Origin: a virus
Taxonomy: Duplodnaviria > Caudoviricetes
Reading direction: 5' to 3' (one strand)
Virus record (IMG/VR): IMGVR_UViG_3300021091_002721
Coordinates: 1-34,140 of that record
DNA length: 34,140 nucleotides
The notes under the pieces were generated by a model. The model was not told the DNA's origin, did not search any database, and worked only from the letters and a program-made list of their open reading frames with translations. Both the position numbers and the translations under genes were made by a program. Each line of letters opens with the position of its first letter. The stretch's first letter is position 1. Of the stretch, positions 1 to 9,097 are shown in pieces.

Positions 1-233
1 TGGAATCAAGAAAAAGAAGTTCTGTAAAATCGTTTAGTTTTGTAATATTTCATGTCACTATTGCAACATTAATATTTTCTGCAGCAGTATATGCAATTAC
101 TGGTGAATGGGAATATGAATATTTTAAACCCCTTAGTCTGGCATTTTTAACATACTTGGGCTGGGAAATTATTTCATATTATTGGCATGAAAGACTTTGG
201 AACATTATCCCTAAATTGAGGAGGTTTAAATAA
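1..233 (+). CDS. DUF2061-like small membrane protein (start codon clipped by window edge)
   Basis: Own translation: (M)ESRKRSSVKSFSF...SYYWHERLWN; the ES-KRS-K and YYxHERxW motifs are typical of DUF2061; TAA at 231-233. Confidence 0.65.
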   Translation, partial: ESRKRSSVKSFSFVIFHVTIATLIFSAAVYAITGEWEYEYFKPLSLAFLTYLGWEIISYYWHERLWNIIPKLRRFK

Positions 234-343
234 TGCGTATTAAAATCATTAAGTTTGTAGTTAAACTACTTGGTTATGAGTGGTCTGGAGATGAATTAAA
301 ACTTCCAGTATGGCAAGTAAAGGCTAAAACAAAGAAGAAGTAA
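233..343 (+). CDS. small hypothetical protein (36 aa)
   Basis: ATG overlaps upstream stop (TAATG), GAGGAGG upstream, stop overlaps next ATG; MRIKIIKFVVKLLGYEWSGDELKLPVWQVKAKTKKK. Confidence 0.55.
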   Translation: MRIKIIKFVVKLLGYEWSGDELKLPVWQVKAKTKKK

Positions 344-528
344 TGCCAACATACGAATATGATTGTATGTCATGTGCTGTACGATATACAAAAGTTAGAG
401 AAATTGCTGATGAAGATCCAGGGTATACCTGCGAAATTTGCAATAAAACTTTAGTTCGTGTATACTCTAATGTAGGAGTTATATTTGATGGCTCTGGATT
501 TTATAAAACTGACAATCGGAAGGTATAA
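343..528 (+). CDS. FmdB-family zinc-ribbon protein
   Basis: MPTYEYDCxxC...CxxC...GVIFDGSGFYKTD signature. Confidence 0.85.
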   Translation: MPTYEYDCMSCAVRYTKVREIADEDPGYTCEICNKTLVRVYSNVGVIFDGSGFYKTDNRKV

Positions 529-529
529 T

Positions 530-763
530 ATGTTTAGTATGTTAAAGAACAAACCAGAAGAGAAAGTATGGCTTCTTGATGCAACAGATCGTTGTGATCG
601 TTGCTATGCTCAGGCTTATGTAAGGGTAATCGGAAAGAGTGGGTCTGGCCTATTGTTCTGTGCACATCATTACAACAAGGTAATGGATAATGCATTGGGC
701 TATGATAATATGATGAAGTTTGCATTAGAGATAGTCGATGAAAGAAATAGACTTGAGGAATAA
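530..763 (+). CDS. small zinc-binding protein of a type conserved in Actinobacteria
   Basis: DRCDRCYAQAYVRV...LLFCAHH (CxxC..CxHH); ATG 530 chosen directly after upstream stop. Confidence 0.7.
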   Translation: MFSMLKNKPEEKVWLLDATDRCDRCYAQAYVRVIGKSGSGLLFCAHHYNKVMDNALGYDNMMKFALEIVDERNRLEE

Positions 764-768
764 AATAA

Positions 769-1470
769 ATGGCTAGAATAGTGCAGTTTTTTGGTATGGA
801 CGAGAAGGCTAGAACCGATATATCTATAGCATATGCAGAGCGAACAAATTCATGGCATGTGCTTGACACAGACCTGCCAATGGCCGAGTTGCAAGCACAG
901 TATGCTAGATGGCTTAGAACAATCTCTATATTTTTTACAAAAGATTATAATTCATCAATAGTGGTTAGTGGCTATTTTCCAACCAAAGAATCAAGGGATC
1001 AGTTTAGGGACGTTAGCGGATACATGCATCTGTCAGGTAATACAAAGTTTCCAGATATTTCGGTTTGGGTTGATACAACAGATAAAAAAGAGTTTATTGA
1101 TAAGTTTGGAAAAACAATTTCTTGGGAAAGCCCAACCGAAGAAGAGTATGATTTTAAAATAACAAATACTGGTAATGAGTATATTGATGCGCTTCCAACT
1201 AGGGCCTTTAGTATAATTAAAAAATATAAGACCTTTGACTGGAAGCCAGAGCAAACCCTGATGATTGGAAAGTTTCAGCCGTGGTCTAGTGATGATTTAG
1301 AAAAATATAATACGCTTTCTGAAACTAGAAATGTAGTAATAGGAATAAAGCATTGTATGGGTATGACTGAAGAAGATAAATTCTCTATAAATCAGATAAA
1401 AGAGATGATTTTTAAAGATCTTCCTAATGCTGATATAATTGTTCTTCCTAACATAGTAGAGGTGGTGTAG
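769..1470 (+). CDS. degenerate APS-kinase-like / cytidylyltransferase-like fusion protein
   Basis: Layout IVQFFG..., WVD...WESP...D, then LMIGKFQPW...VVIGIK...LPNI; P-loop and HxGH motifs are absent. Confidence 0.5.
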   Translation: MARIVQFFGMDEKARTDISIAYAERTNSWHVLDTDLPMAELQAQYARWLRTISIFFTKDYNSSIVVSGYFPTKESRDQFRDVSGYMHLSGNTKFPDISVWVDTTDKKEFIDKFGKTISWESPTEEEYDFKITNTGNEYIDALPTRAFSIIKKYKTFDWKPEQTLMIGKFQPWSSDDLEKYNTLSETRNVVIGIKHCMGMTEEDKFSINQIKEMIFKDLPNADIIVLPNIVEVV

Positions 1471-1472
1471 GT

Positions 1473-1889
1473 ATGTATATATATAGAGTAAACAAGATTA
1501 CGGGTGTGGTAGATGGAGACACCATTGATGTGGACATCGACCTTGGGTTCAACGTGTCTTACTCCCAGCGAGTACGCCTTGCTGGCATTGACACTCCAGA
1601 ATCACGGACTAAAGATAAGTTTGAAAAAAGTCTTGGACTTGAGTCAAAAGAATATCTTAAAACAAAATTAAAAGATGCAAAATCAATAGTAATTAAAACT
1701 GAAAAGCCAGATTCTTCTGAGAAGTATGGTCGAATTCTGGGATGGCTTTATGTAAATGAAGACACTGTATCTGTTAATGATCACATGATAGAAGAGGGGT
1801 ATGCTTGGGGTTATCTTGGAGAAACAAAAGTAAAAGATTTTGCTGCATTAGCACGACAAAGAGAAAAGGCTAAAAATGCAAAAAAGTAA
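1473..1889 (+). CDS. thermonuclease (SNase-fold) family nuclease
   Basis: VVDGDTID, RVRLAGIDTPES, KYGRILG, MIEEGYA motifs. Confidence 0.9.
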   Translation: MYIYRVNKITGVVDGDTIDVDIDLGFNVSYSQRVRLAGIDTPESRTKDKFEKSLGLESKEYLKTKLKDAKSIVIKTEKPDSSEKYGRILGWLYVNEDTVSVNDHMIEEGYAWGYLGETKVKDFAALARQREKAKNAKK

Positions 1890-2196
1890 TGAGTTTGATC
1901 AATTAATATTATCTGGAGCGATTGAGCCAGCAGGAGTAGATCCAGATACTGGGGAAATGCTTTATAACTTTACTAAAAAATTAAAAAAGGTTAGCCCAGT
2001 ATTACACAGAGAAGTAAACAATATGTTTTCTACACATATTATGGCATTATGGGAAAAAAACATGGTTGAGATGGATATCACAGAAGAAAATCCTATGGTA
2101 AAACTTACAGAGAAAGCGTTTAATAATGAAGAAATTAAGTTGTTAGATCCAGATATTGCCTACACCTTAAAAGAAATAAAGAGAAACTTATCTTAA
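1876..2196 (+). CDS. hypothetical phage protein
   Basis: 106 aa ORF overlapping upstream stop. Confidence 0.7.
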   Translation: MQKSNEFDQLILSGAIEPAGVDPDTGEMLYNFTKKLKKVSPVLHREVNNMFSTHIMALWEKNMVEMDITEENPMVKLTEKAFNNEEIKLLDPDIAYTLKEIKRNLS

Positions 2197-2224
2197 CAAT
2201 AACAAGTAGTATAATAGTGTTGTT

Positions 2225-2662
2225 ATGGAATATCTAATTGGTTTTTTTTCAGCATTTTTATTAATATATATTGTTTTTAAAATACAATTTAAAAATAATA
2301 TTTTTCAAGAGTCTAAAATAAAGCCATTAAAATATAGTCAAAGTCACATTCATTCTATAGTTTTCCCCCTATTGCCTAAAAACAAATCTGGTAAAAGAAA
2401 AAAGAAAAGTCAGGCAGTTTTACATGAATTAAACACCTCTGTAAGGGTTATTATTATGGAAAACAGCGCCTACTGGATTAAAGATAATGTATTTTATACG
2501 GCAGACATGAGCACAGAGGGCACCGTTGACAAAGATACAACAAGAAGAGTTGACACAATGGATATGAGTAGGGTACAATTAGATAAAATGATGTTCATCA
2601 TTGACAGGCTACGAGAGGAAAATTATAATGATAGTGGTGGTCCAGGGGACAAACAACTTTAA
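2225..2662 (+). CDS. hypothetical protein with N-terminal membrane anchor
   Basis: Hydrophobic N-terminus YLIGFFSAFLLIYIVF; TATAAT at 2209-2214 just upstream. Confidence 0.7.
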   Translation: MEYLIGFFSAFLLIYIVFKIQFKNNIFQESKIKPLKYSQSHIHSIVFPLLPKNKSGKRKKKSQAVLHELNTSVRVIIMENSAYWIKDNVFYTADMSTEGTVDKDTTRRVDTMDMSRVQLDKMMFIIDRLREENYNDSGGPGDKQL

Positions 2663-2978
2663 TGACTATCAAGTTTTTCTACGTGCTATTAGTGTTGCCC
2701 TATCAAGTCTTCCTAAAGAAGACAAAAGAATAGAAATATGTAGTGTTGGTCCAGCAAAGACAAACACTATGGCCATGGAATTTGTAAATGTTTCAGAAAG
2801 AAGCATGAGGTCCCGTGGCATTAAATTAAAACTAAGATACGTACCACCTTCATGGGTTATTGAAAATGTAAAGTCAATAAACTATTTTGCTTATTTATCA
2901 ACTCCTAGTGAGCCTAAAGGCAACTTAGTTAAAGAGGCAGAAAACAATAATGTTGAAGTGGGAATTTTTAGATACTGA
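2628..2978 (+). CDS. hypothetical protein, possible SLOG/YspA-like fold
   Basis: MIVVVQGTNNFNDY start resembles SLOG-family first strand; ATG 2628 preferred. Confidence 0.5.
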   Translation: MIVVVQGTNNFNDYQVFLRAISVALSSLPKEDKRIEICSVGPAKTNTMAMEFVNVSERSMRSRGIKLKLRYVPPSWVIENVKSINYFAYLSTPSEPKGNLVKEAENNNVEVGIFRY

Positions 2979-2986
2979 GGGAAAGT

Positions 2987-3211
2987 ATGTATATTAAATC
3001 ATTAGAACAAATGGAATCAATCGTTTCTGCAAATAAAAGTTTGTCTTGGTCTGGATGGGATGTTGTCAATTCAGAGCCTTCAGATAAAGCCAGAACATCA
3101 AAGTACGGCAAGTACTTGAATGGAAAATGGCATATGGTAAAAATTTTCAAACCAGGTCCAAATGGCTGGGACATACCAGATAGGATCCTGTTGAATGAAA
3201 GCAAACCTTGA
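2987..3211 (+). CDS. hypothetical phage protein
   Basis: 74 aa ORF with GAGG RBS. Confidence 0.7.
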   Translation: MYIKSLEQMESIVSANKSLSWSGWDVVNSEPSDKARTSKYGKYLNGKWHMVKIFKPGPNGWDIPDRILLNESKP

Positions 3212-3785
3212 AGATAAATTAAAAATATCTGACATATTCTTTTTTTGTCCAGGCACATTAAAAAATATACCAGACAATGACTTTAATCTTAATGTATATT
3301 CTAACGTTCAGTCAAAAATAACTGAACTTGGCTATCAAATATCTGATGAGCCTAGTCAAGATAAGTATCATGCGGTGGGATTAGTCATTGAAGAGGACAA
3401 TACCAAAGTTCAATTTTTTGGAAAACTTTTTAGTTTTTCACCAAGAGGTGCTGTAGCAAATGTTGGAGACATGTTTGTTTTTATAGACTCTTTAGGTTGG
3501 TCAATTGAAAAAGGCAAAGCAACCCCATATTTTTTTAAAATTTCAGAAAAAACAATACTTGGTTCTGGATCTAAAACTTACAGGGCACAAATAATTTTTT
3601 CAGATAAATATTACATAGACGTACATGCAAATACAGAGGAAGAAGCAATAGAGACTGCTTATTCTATACCTATGAATTCTTGGACACACGAATGGCCACA
3701 TGATGATGAATTAAATAATTTTCAAGGAATTAGGCAAAGTGTTTGGGGTAAAAAAATGATAGGGGCTTCTGAACTTAATGAATAA
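3195..3785 (+). CDS. hypothetical protein
   Basis: 196 aa ORF coupled to neighbours. Confidence 0.65.
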   Translation: MKANLEDKLKISDIFFFCPGTLKNIPDNDFNLNVYSNVQSKITELGYQISDEPSQDKYHAVGLVIEEDNTKVQFFGKLFSFSPRGAVANVGDMFVFIDSLGWSIEKGKATPYFFKISEKTILGSGSKTYRAQIIFSDKYYIDVHANTEEEAIETAYSIPMNSWTHEWPHDDELNNFQGIRQSVWGKKMIGASELNE

Positions 3786-4062
3786 GATAAAATGGAAAGA
3801 CAATGGTTCTTGTGTTGATTATGATACTAATTTATTTTTTGATAAATATGAAGAGTCTGAAAACTTTAGACCAGCAATAGACAAATTATGCTCAGGGTGC
3901 CCAGTAGTAAAAACATGTTTTTCTGTTGGAGTTTCTCAAAAAGAATGGGGCGTTTGGGGTGGAGTATACTTAGAGGGTGGAGAAATTTCTAAAGAATTTA
4001 ATTCTCATAGATCTCAGGAAGATTGGGGTGAGGTTTGGATTGGACTCACAAATGAGAGGTAA
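3778..4062 (+). CDS. whiB: WhiB-family Fe-S transcription factor
   Basis: C..(LFF)..CxxCPVxxxC...WGVWGG: four Cys plus GVWGG turn. Confidence 0.9.
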   Translation: MNKIKWKDNGSCVDYDTNLFFDKYEESENFRPAIDKLCSGCPVVKTCFSVGVSQKEWGVWGGVYLEGGEISKEFNSHRSQEDWGEVWIGLTNER

Positions 4063-4067
4063 AAATA

Positions 4068-4994
4068 ATGTTTGTTTATGGAGATTATAATAATCCTGCA
4101 ACGTTACCTGGTAGATACAATGTTACTATACCACAAGAAGGTACTGTTTGGCCTGTATTAACAAGTGTTGAAGAGAAAGATGCACGAGGAAGATTTATAG
4201 ATAAGCCAGAAGTTCATTTAGTTATGTGGCAAAAAAATTTTTTACATGCTTTCTGCAATATGGTTCAGTATATTTTATATTATTTTAAGTTAAACAAAGA
4301 TGCACATTTTGTTTTACTGTTTGGATTAGATTTTCATGAAAATGATTTAGAAATAACTCATGGAAAATTTATTTTAGAAATGTTAGATAAAAAAAATATT
4401 AATTATGAAATTGTAAAATTAAAAGAAGAAGAGATTAATGTACAAAATGCAAATTATATGAAGGTAATACCTTTTTCTTCATACGTATTTTCAGAAGTAT
4501 ATGACTATTGTAGTTCTTTTATTGATAGAAATAACATACCAGAAAAGATAGTATATTTAGCAAGATCAAAAGTCCAGCCAAAAGCAATTGGACTTATTCT
4601 TAATGGTAGAGAAGAAGATACTGTTAAAATAAAAAGTGATTTAAGAATAGATGATGAGGAAGTTTTAATAGATTATTTTATAAAACGTGGTTTTGAAATT
4701 GTATATCCAGAAGATTTTAAAACTTTTGAAGAACAGGCTATATTTTTTAATAATGTTAAAACTATGATCTGTCCTTCTGGGTCTGGAATGGCAAACCTAA
4801 TGTTTATGCAACCAGGGCAAATGGTTATAGAATTACAAACGCCAGTACTTGTAGGAGGAAATCAACAAATACACCCATTTTATGTGGCTTTTTCTTGGGC
4901 AAAAAAACATACTTATATCGCTGTTCCTCATGAAAGAAAATCTGATACAATAATAGAATACTTTAAAAATAAAGGATTTTTAAATTATTTATGA
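4068..4994 (+). CDS. glycosyltransferase family 61 (DUF563)-like
   Basis: VYLAR...RIDDE...GFEIVYPE...FEEQ..FF....SGSGMANLMFM..G..VIEL. Confidence 0.8.
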   Translation: MFVYGDYNNPATLPGRYNVTIPQEGTVWPVLTSVEEKDARGRFIDKPEVHLVMWQKNFLHAFCNMVQYILYYFKLNKDAHFVLLFGLDFHENDLEITHGKFILEMLDKKNINYEIVKLKEEEINVQNANYMKVIPFSSYVFSEVYDYCSSFIDRNNIPEKIVYLARSKVQPKAIGLILNGREEDTVKIKSDLRIDDEEVLIDYFIKRGFEIVYPEDFKTFEEQAIFFNNVKTMICPSGSGMANLMFMQPGQMVIELQTPVLVGGNQQIHPFYVAFSWAKKHTYIAVPHERKSDTIIEYFKNKGFLNYL

Positions 4995-5956
4995 TAAGAC
5001 AGCACCCTGTAGAGCCTGTACACTACAAAAGCATCTGTGTAGTTGAAGACGATTTTAATGCTGGCAAGCCAATAATAACAGAAATATTAAAAGATGAATG
5101 GCATAGTGAAGAGTTTCGTATGAGAACAATAAAACATGCTGATACTTTTATGGATGAAAATGGATTAAGAAAAATAGTGATTAGATTTGAAACAGAATTT
5201 TTTCATAGTTTATTGAATACCATAGCACCAATATTATGGGAATACAAACAAGACCCTAACATGGAAGTAATATTATTACATACTAGCAAAGAAATTTCCG
5301 CATTTGAGTCATCTGGAACTTTTATTGTTCAAGTATTAAGAAATTATAATATTAAATTTTCTGTTACTCAAACTCATTCAAAATATCCACCAATAATGTC
5401 GAATTTTTATTATTATGACAAGATAGAAATGTGTGGTGATTACATTAATATACTAGAAGAACTTTTTAATACTTATAGGGACATGGCTTTACCTAATAAC
5501 AAAAAAGTATATGTAACTAGAAATGGTCATCAAAATATTTCTGCAACTCAATTACATCTAATGTCTGAAGAAGCAAAAAAGGAATTGCCGTTTTTAAATG
5601 ATTTAAGAATAGATGACGAAGTAAGTTTAGAAAATTTATTTAGAAGTTATGGATTTGAAATAGTTAACCCTAAAAACTTTAAAACTCTTGAAGATCAAAT
5701 AAGATTTTTTGATCAGGTAGAAGTTATTGCTGGACTATCTGGATCTGGTTTAACTAATTTATTATTTATGAGGGATAAAACAACAGTAATAGAACTAAGT
5801 ACAATACAGGTAGTTAAGCAAAAAATAGAATTTCACTATCATTTCTTTTTATTGGCAACATTGTGGGCTAACAAAAAATACATTTCTGTACCAAATATTT
5901 CAAGGGAATATGGTAAAATAGAATACGAACTTAAAAGAATGCTTGATACATTATGA
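4991..5956 (+). CDS. glycosyltransferase family 61 (DUF563)-like, paralog
   Basis: VYVTR...RIDDE...GFEIVNP...LEDQIRFF...SGSGLTNLLFM...VIEL. Confidence 0.8.
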   Translation: MIRQHPVEPVHYKSICVVEDDFNAGKPIITEILKDEWHSEEFRMRTIKHADTFMDENGLRKIVIRFETEFFHSLLNTIAPILWEYKQDPNMEVILLHTSKEISAFESSGTFIVQVLRNYNIKFSVTQTHSKYPPIMSNFYYYDKIEMCGDYINILEELFNTYRDMALPNNKKVYVTRNGHQNISATQLHLMSEEAKKELPFLNDLRIDDEVSLENLFRSYGFEIVNPKNFKTLEDQIRFFDQVEVIAGLSGSGLTNLLFMRDKTTVIELSTIQVVKQKIEFHYHFFLLATLWANKKYISVPNISREYGKIEYELKRMLDTL

Positions 5957-6681
5957 CCAACATATTAATTCCAATAGCGGGCCTCGGTAGTAGGTTTCCA
6001 GTAGAAACATATAAAACTACAAAGCCATTAATTAAGATAAATGGCAAAACGATGATAGAGCATGCTGTTGAATCATTATCTATAAAAGGAAACTATCATT
6101 TTGTCGTAAGAGATAGTGTATTTTTTGATGAAATATATTCTGTATTAAAAAATATAGATAGTTCTTGTAATATTATAAAAATAAATAAATTAACAAATGG
6201 CCCAGCAGAGACTTGTTTAATTGCTAAAGAATATATAGATAATGATGATGAGTTGGTAATTGCAAACTCGGATCAAATAATGTGGTGGGATTCTGATTTA
6301 TTTTTACAGGTGGCTCGTCATTCTAAGTATGATGGAGTGATAGTAACTTACACCTCAAATACAGACAAAAACAGTTATGCCCAAATTAATAAACAAGGAC
6401 TTGTAACTAAAATAAAAGAAAAAGAAGTAATAAGCGATATATCATTAAATGGAATACATTATTGGAAACATGGTAAAGATTTTGTTGATAGTGCAAATAA
6501 AATGATAAACAATAATGAAAGATATAACAATGAATTTTATGTTGGTCCTACATATAACTCAATGATTATGGACGGTAAAAAAATTGGAATATACCATATA
6601 CCGTCATATCAGCATAATGCTGTAGGGGTTCCATCAGATCTAGAACTATATTCGGAGAAATTATGGAAATTAGAAGAATAG
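5953..6681 (+). CDS. sugar-phosphate nucleotidyltransferase (GT-A fold, NDP-sugar pyrophosphorylase-like)
   Basis: IPIAGLGSRF...KPLIKINGKTMIE, GPAET, IANSDQ, NNEFYVGPTYN, VGVPSDL. Confidence 0.85.
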   Translation: MTNILIPIAGLGSRFPVETYKTTKPLIKINGKTMIEHAVESLSIKGNYHFVVRDSVFFDEIYSVLKNIDSSCNIIKINKLTNGPAETCLIAKEYIDNDDELVIANSDQIMWWDSDLFLQVARHSKYDGVIVTYTSNTDKNSYAQINKQGLVTKIKEKEVISDISLNGIHYWKHGKDFVDSANKMINNNERYNNEFYVGPTYNSMIMDGKKIGIYHIPSYQHNAVGVPSDLELYSEKLWKLEE

Positions 6682-6986
6682 AAGAATTTACTAGAGGTTG
6701 GATAATTGGAGACTTTAGTCCATCCATACTAAAGACAGACAAGTTTGAGGTTGGCTTGCTTCAGCATAAGGCTGGAGAGATTTGGCCAAAACATTATCAT
6801 AAAGTTGGCACAGAATATAATGTTTTGGTAAGTGGTAAGATGATAATACAGGGTAGAGAATTAAATGCTGGAGATGTATTTGTTTTTAATCCAGACGATA
6901 TTGCAGATCCTGTTTTTTTGCAGGATTGTACAGTATTGGTTGTAAAAGTACCTTCTTTACCAGGGGATAAGTATGAAGTTTTATAA
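6663..6986 (+). CDS. cupin-fold protein
   Basis: GWIIGDFSP...HYHKVGTEYNV: HxH...E cupin metal motif. Confidence 0.8.
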   Translation: MEIRRIEEFTRGWIIGDFSPSILKTDKFEVGLLQHKAGEIWPKHYHKVGTEYNVLVSGKMIIQGRELNAGDVFVFNPDDIADPVFLQDCTVLVVKVPSLPGDKYEVL

Positions 6987-8178
6987 AGAATTAAACGACC
7001 TAGAAAAAGATAGATGTGTTATTGTTACATACTATATAGAAGTTAATTCGTTATATGGCAGACTTAATGATGCAGCATGGTCACTAGCAATAGGACAAAG
7101 TGTAGGAAATCCAAAACAAAGAAATAGTTGGGAAACAGATGAGATGTTTGAAATGTCTTCTTGTGTCATATACAACGACGAAGAATATCTAAAATCACAA
7201 TTAAATGGTTTTGTAAAAATTGGATTTCCAAAAATAAATTCAGATTGGGACAATGATGGCGTGTCCCATTTATTATGTCAAATAATGGGCGGTCAATTGG
7301 ATATAGATGTATTTAAAGTATGTCGTGTTGTAGATATAGAATTCCCAGAGTCTGTAAAAAATAGTTTCTTGAAACCAAAATATGGAATGTCTGGCATAAG
7401 GAAATTTACTGGACAATATGACAAACCTTTGTTTGGGGGCATAGTAAAACCTAAAACTGGCCTTTCTGTAAAACAACTTGGATATTTAGTAAAAGAATTA
7501 ATAGATGGTGGCGTTGATTTTATTAAAGAAGATGAAATTTTATCTAATCCAATTTTTTGTAGATTAGAAGAGCGTGTTGAACATATTGCAAATATAATTT
7601 CAGATTCTGGAAGAAAGATAGTCTTTGCACATTGCATTAATTCTGATCCACATGCTATTTTAGACAGGGCAAAACTAGTATATAAAAACGGTGGAAACGG
7701 TGTACATGTAAATTTTTGGAGTGGATTGGGATCGTATAATTCTATACGTAAACTAGATCTTCCATTATTTATGCATTTTCAGAAAAGTGGAGATAAGATA
7801 TTGACTAACTCACAGCATAATTTTAAAATAGACTGGTACGTTATTTGTAAACTTGCTGCCTTGATGGGCGTAGATACAATACATGTTGGTATGTGGGGTG
7901 GATATCTCAGTGATGATGAAGAAAGATTAGGTAAATCTATGAGATTATTAAACGATAATAACGTTGTTCCTGCCTTAAGTTGTGGTATGCATCCTGGGCT
8001 TGTGGAGGCCATTACAAGGCGTTTTGGTAAGGAGTATATGGCAAACGTTGGTGGTGCCATTCACGGTCATCCTGAAGGCACTACGGGGGGTTCTAGGGCA
8101 ATGAGGCAGGCCATCGATAAGGATTATGGTCAGGAATACATTAAAGCAATTGAAAAGTGGGGACTTGTTAATGATTAA
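6973..8178 (+). CDS. RuBisCO-like protein (form IV RLP)
   Basis: GIVKPKTG, GGVDFIKEDE (KxDE), DTIHVG, LSCGMHPG, VGGAIHGHP; lacks the H294/K334/N123 equivalents. Confidence 0.9.
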   Translation: MKFYKELNDLEKDRCVIVTYYIEVNSLYGRLNDAAWSLAIGQSVGNPKQRNSWETDEMFEMSSCVIYNDEEYLKSQLNGFVKIGFPKINSDWDNDGVSHLLCQIMGGQLDIDVFKVCRVVDIEFPESVKNSFLKPKYGMSGIRKFTGQYDKPLFGGIVKPKTGLSVKQLGYLVKELIDGGVDFIKEDEILSNPIFCRLEERVEHIANIISDSGRKIVFAHCINSDPHAILDRAKLVYKNGGNGVHVNFWSGLGSYNSIRKLDLPLFMHFQKSGDKILTNSQHNFKIDWYVICKLAALMGVDTIHVGMWGGYLSDDEERLGKSMRLLNDNNVVPALSCGMHPGLVEAITRRFGKEYMANVGGAIHGHPEGTTGGSRAMRQAIDKDYGQEYIKAIEKWGLVND

Positions 8179-8608
8179 AATATCACATAGAGGTAACTTA
8201 ATTGGACCAAATCAAGAACTAGAAAATAATCCTGAATACATAAGGAAGGCTATCAATGCTGGATATGAGGTAGAGGTTGATTTTCGGGTGCTAGATGGCT
8301 TATTATATTTTGGTCATGACTATCCACAATATGAAGTTGATAAATTTTTTATAGACCTATATGTAAAAAAAATATGGCTTCATTGTAAAAATTTAGAAGC
8401 GCTAGATTATATAACTAACATGCCAAAATATTATAAAGGGTTTTGGCATGAAAATGATAAGTATACGCTGACAACTAACAATTATATTTGGACATATCCT
8501 AACATGCCAGTTACAAACAAAAGCATACTTGTGCATTTAGATAAGCCAACAAATGATATTCCAAATTATATTTTTGGAATTTGTAGTGATTATGTTAGTC
8601 TGATATAA
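8171..8608 (+). CDS. short PLC/GDPD-like phosphodiesterase-fold protein
   Basis: ISHRGN...EN...GYEVEVD...GHD...LHCKN...GICSDY; ATG 8171 overlaps end of RLP gene. Confidence 0.75.
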   Translation: MIKISHRGNLIGPNQELENNPEYIRKAINAGYEVEVDFRVLDGLLYFGHDYPQYEVDKFFIDLYVKKIWLHCKNLEALDYITNMPKYYKGFWHENDKYTLTTNNYIWTYPNMPVTNKSILVHLDKPTNDIPNYIFGICSDYVSLI

Positions 8609-8615
8609 TCAATAA

Positions 8616-8852
8616 ATGTATACAGATGCTATGCGTAAGGCATTCAGGTCACTAGATCATTTTGCCCCCAAAGGTTTTAGTTTAGATTTAATAGATAATG
8701 ATAATTTTATTACAGTTCGTGCTTCAGAAAAATCTTTTATGTCTTTACTTGACGAGGATAAGCGTCGTGCTGTAGAATATATGGTACGGGTTAAAAAAGC
8801 CCTTGAAGACAATGGCGCAGTTGTTCTTTTAGTACGTGGAGGCGGATATTAA
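8616..8852 (+). CDS. hypothetical phage protein
   Basis: 78 aa ORF; TGATATAAT immediately upstream (near-leaderless). Confidence 0.7.
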   Translation: MYTDAMRKAFRSLDHFAPKGFSLDLIDNDNFITVRASEKSFMSLLDEDKRRAVEYMVRVKKALEDNGAVVLLVRGGGY

Positions 8853-9097
8853 TGTTGGATAATTCAATTGTGACACATAAATCTAAGCCACCATTACGAT
8901 GGATCGCAAATTGGGCGGGATCCATAGCATCTTCTGGGCTGTTAGAAATATCCTATATGGAAGATGAAGGCATGACTGATACATTTAGATATAAATTTCA
9001 GGGATGGAAATGGGATACATTCTGGCCTTTATACGAAAAATATGGAACACACTACACTTTAGATATAGATATGAGTGGAGGCGAATGGGATGATTGA
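8852..9097 (+). CDS. hypothetical protein
   Basis: 81 aa, TAATG coupling. Confidence 0.65.
   Translation: MLDNSIVTHKSKPPLRWIANWAGSIASSGLLEISYMEDEGMTDTFRYKFQGWKWDTFWPLYEKYGTHYTLDIDMSGGEWDD

Noticed and set aside
534-1254. Alternative ORFs 534-869(-), 968-1162(+), 1033-1254(-)
   Set aside because: Shadow frames over better supported genes
6973-8178. True RuBisCO / phage carbon fixation
   Set aside because: Apparent loss of H294, K334, N123 and E60 equivalents; no small subunit or phosphoribulokinase gene nearby
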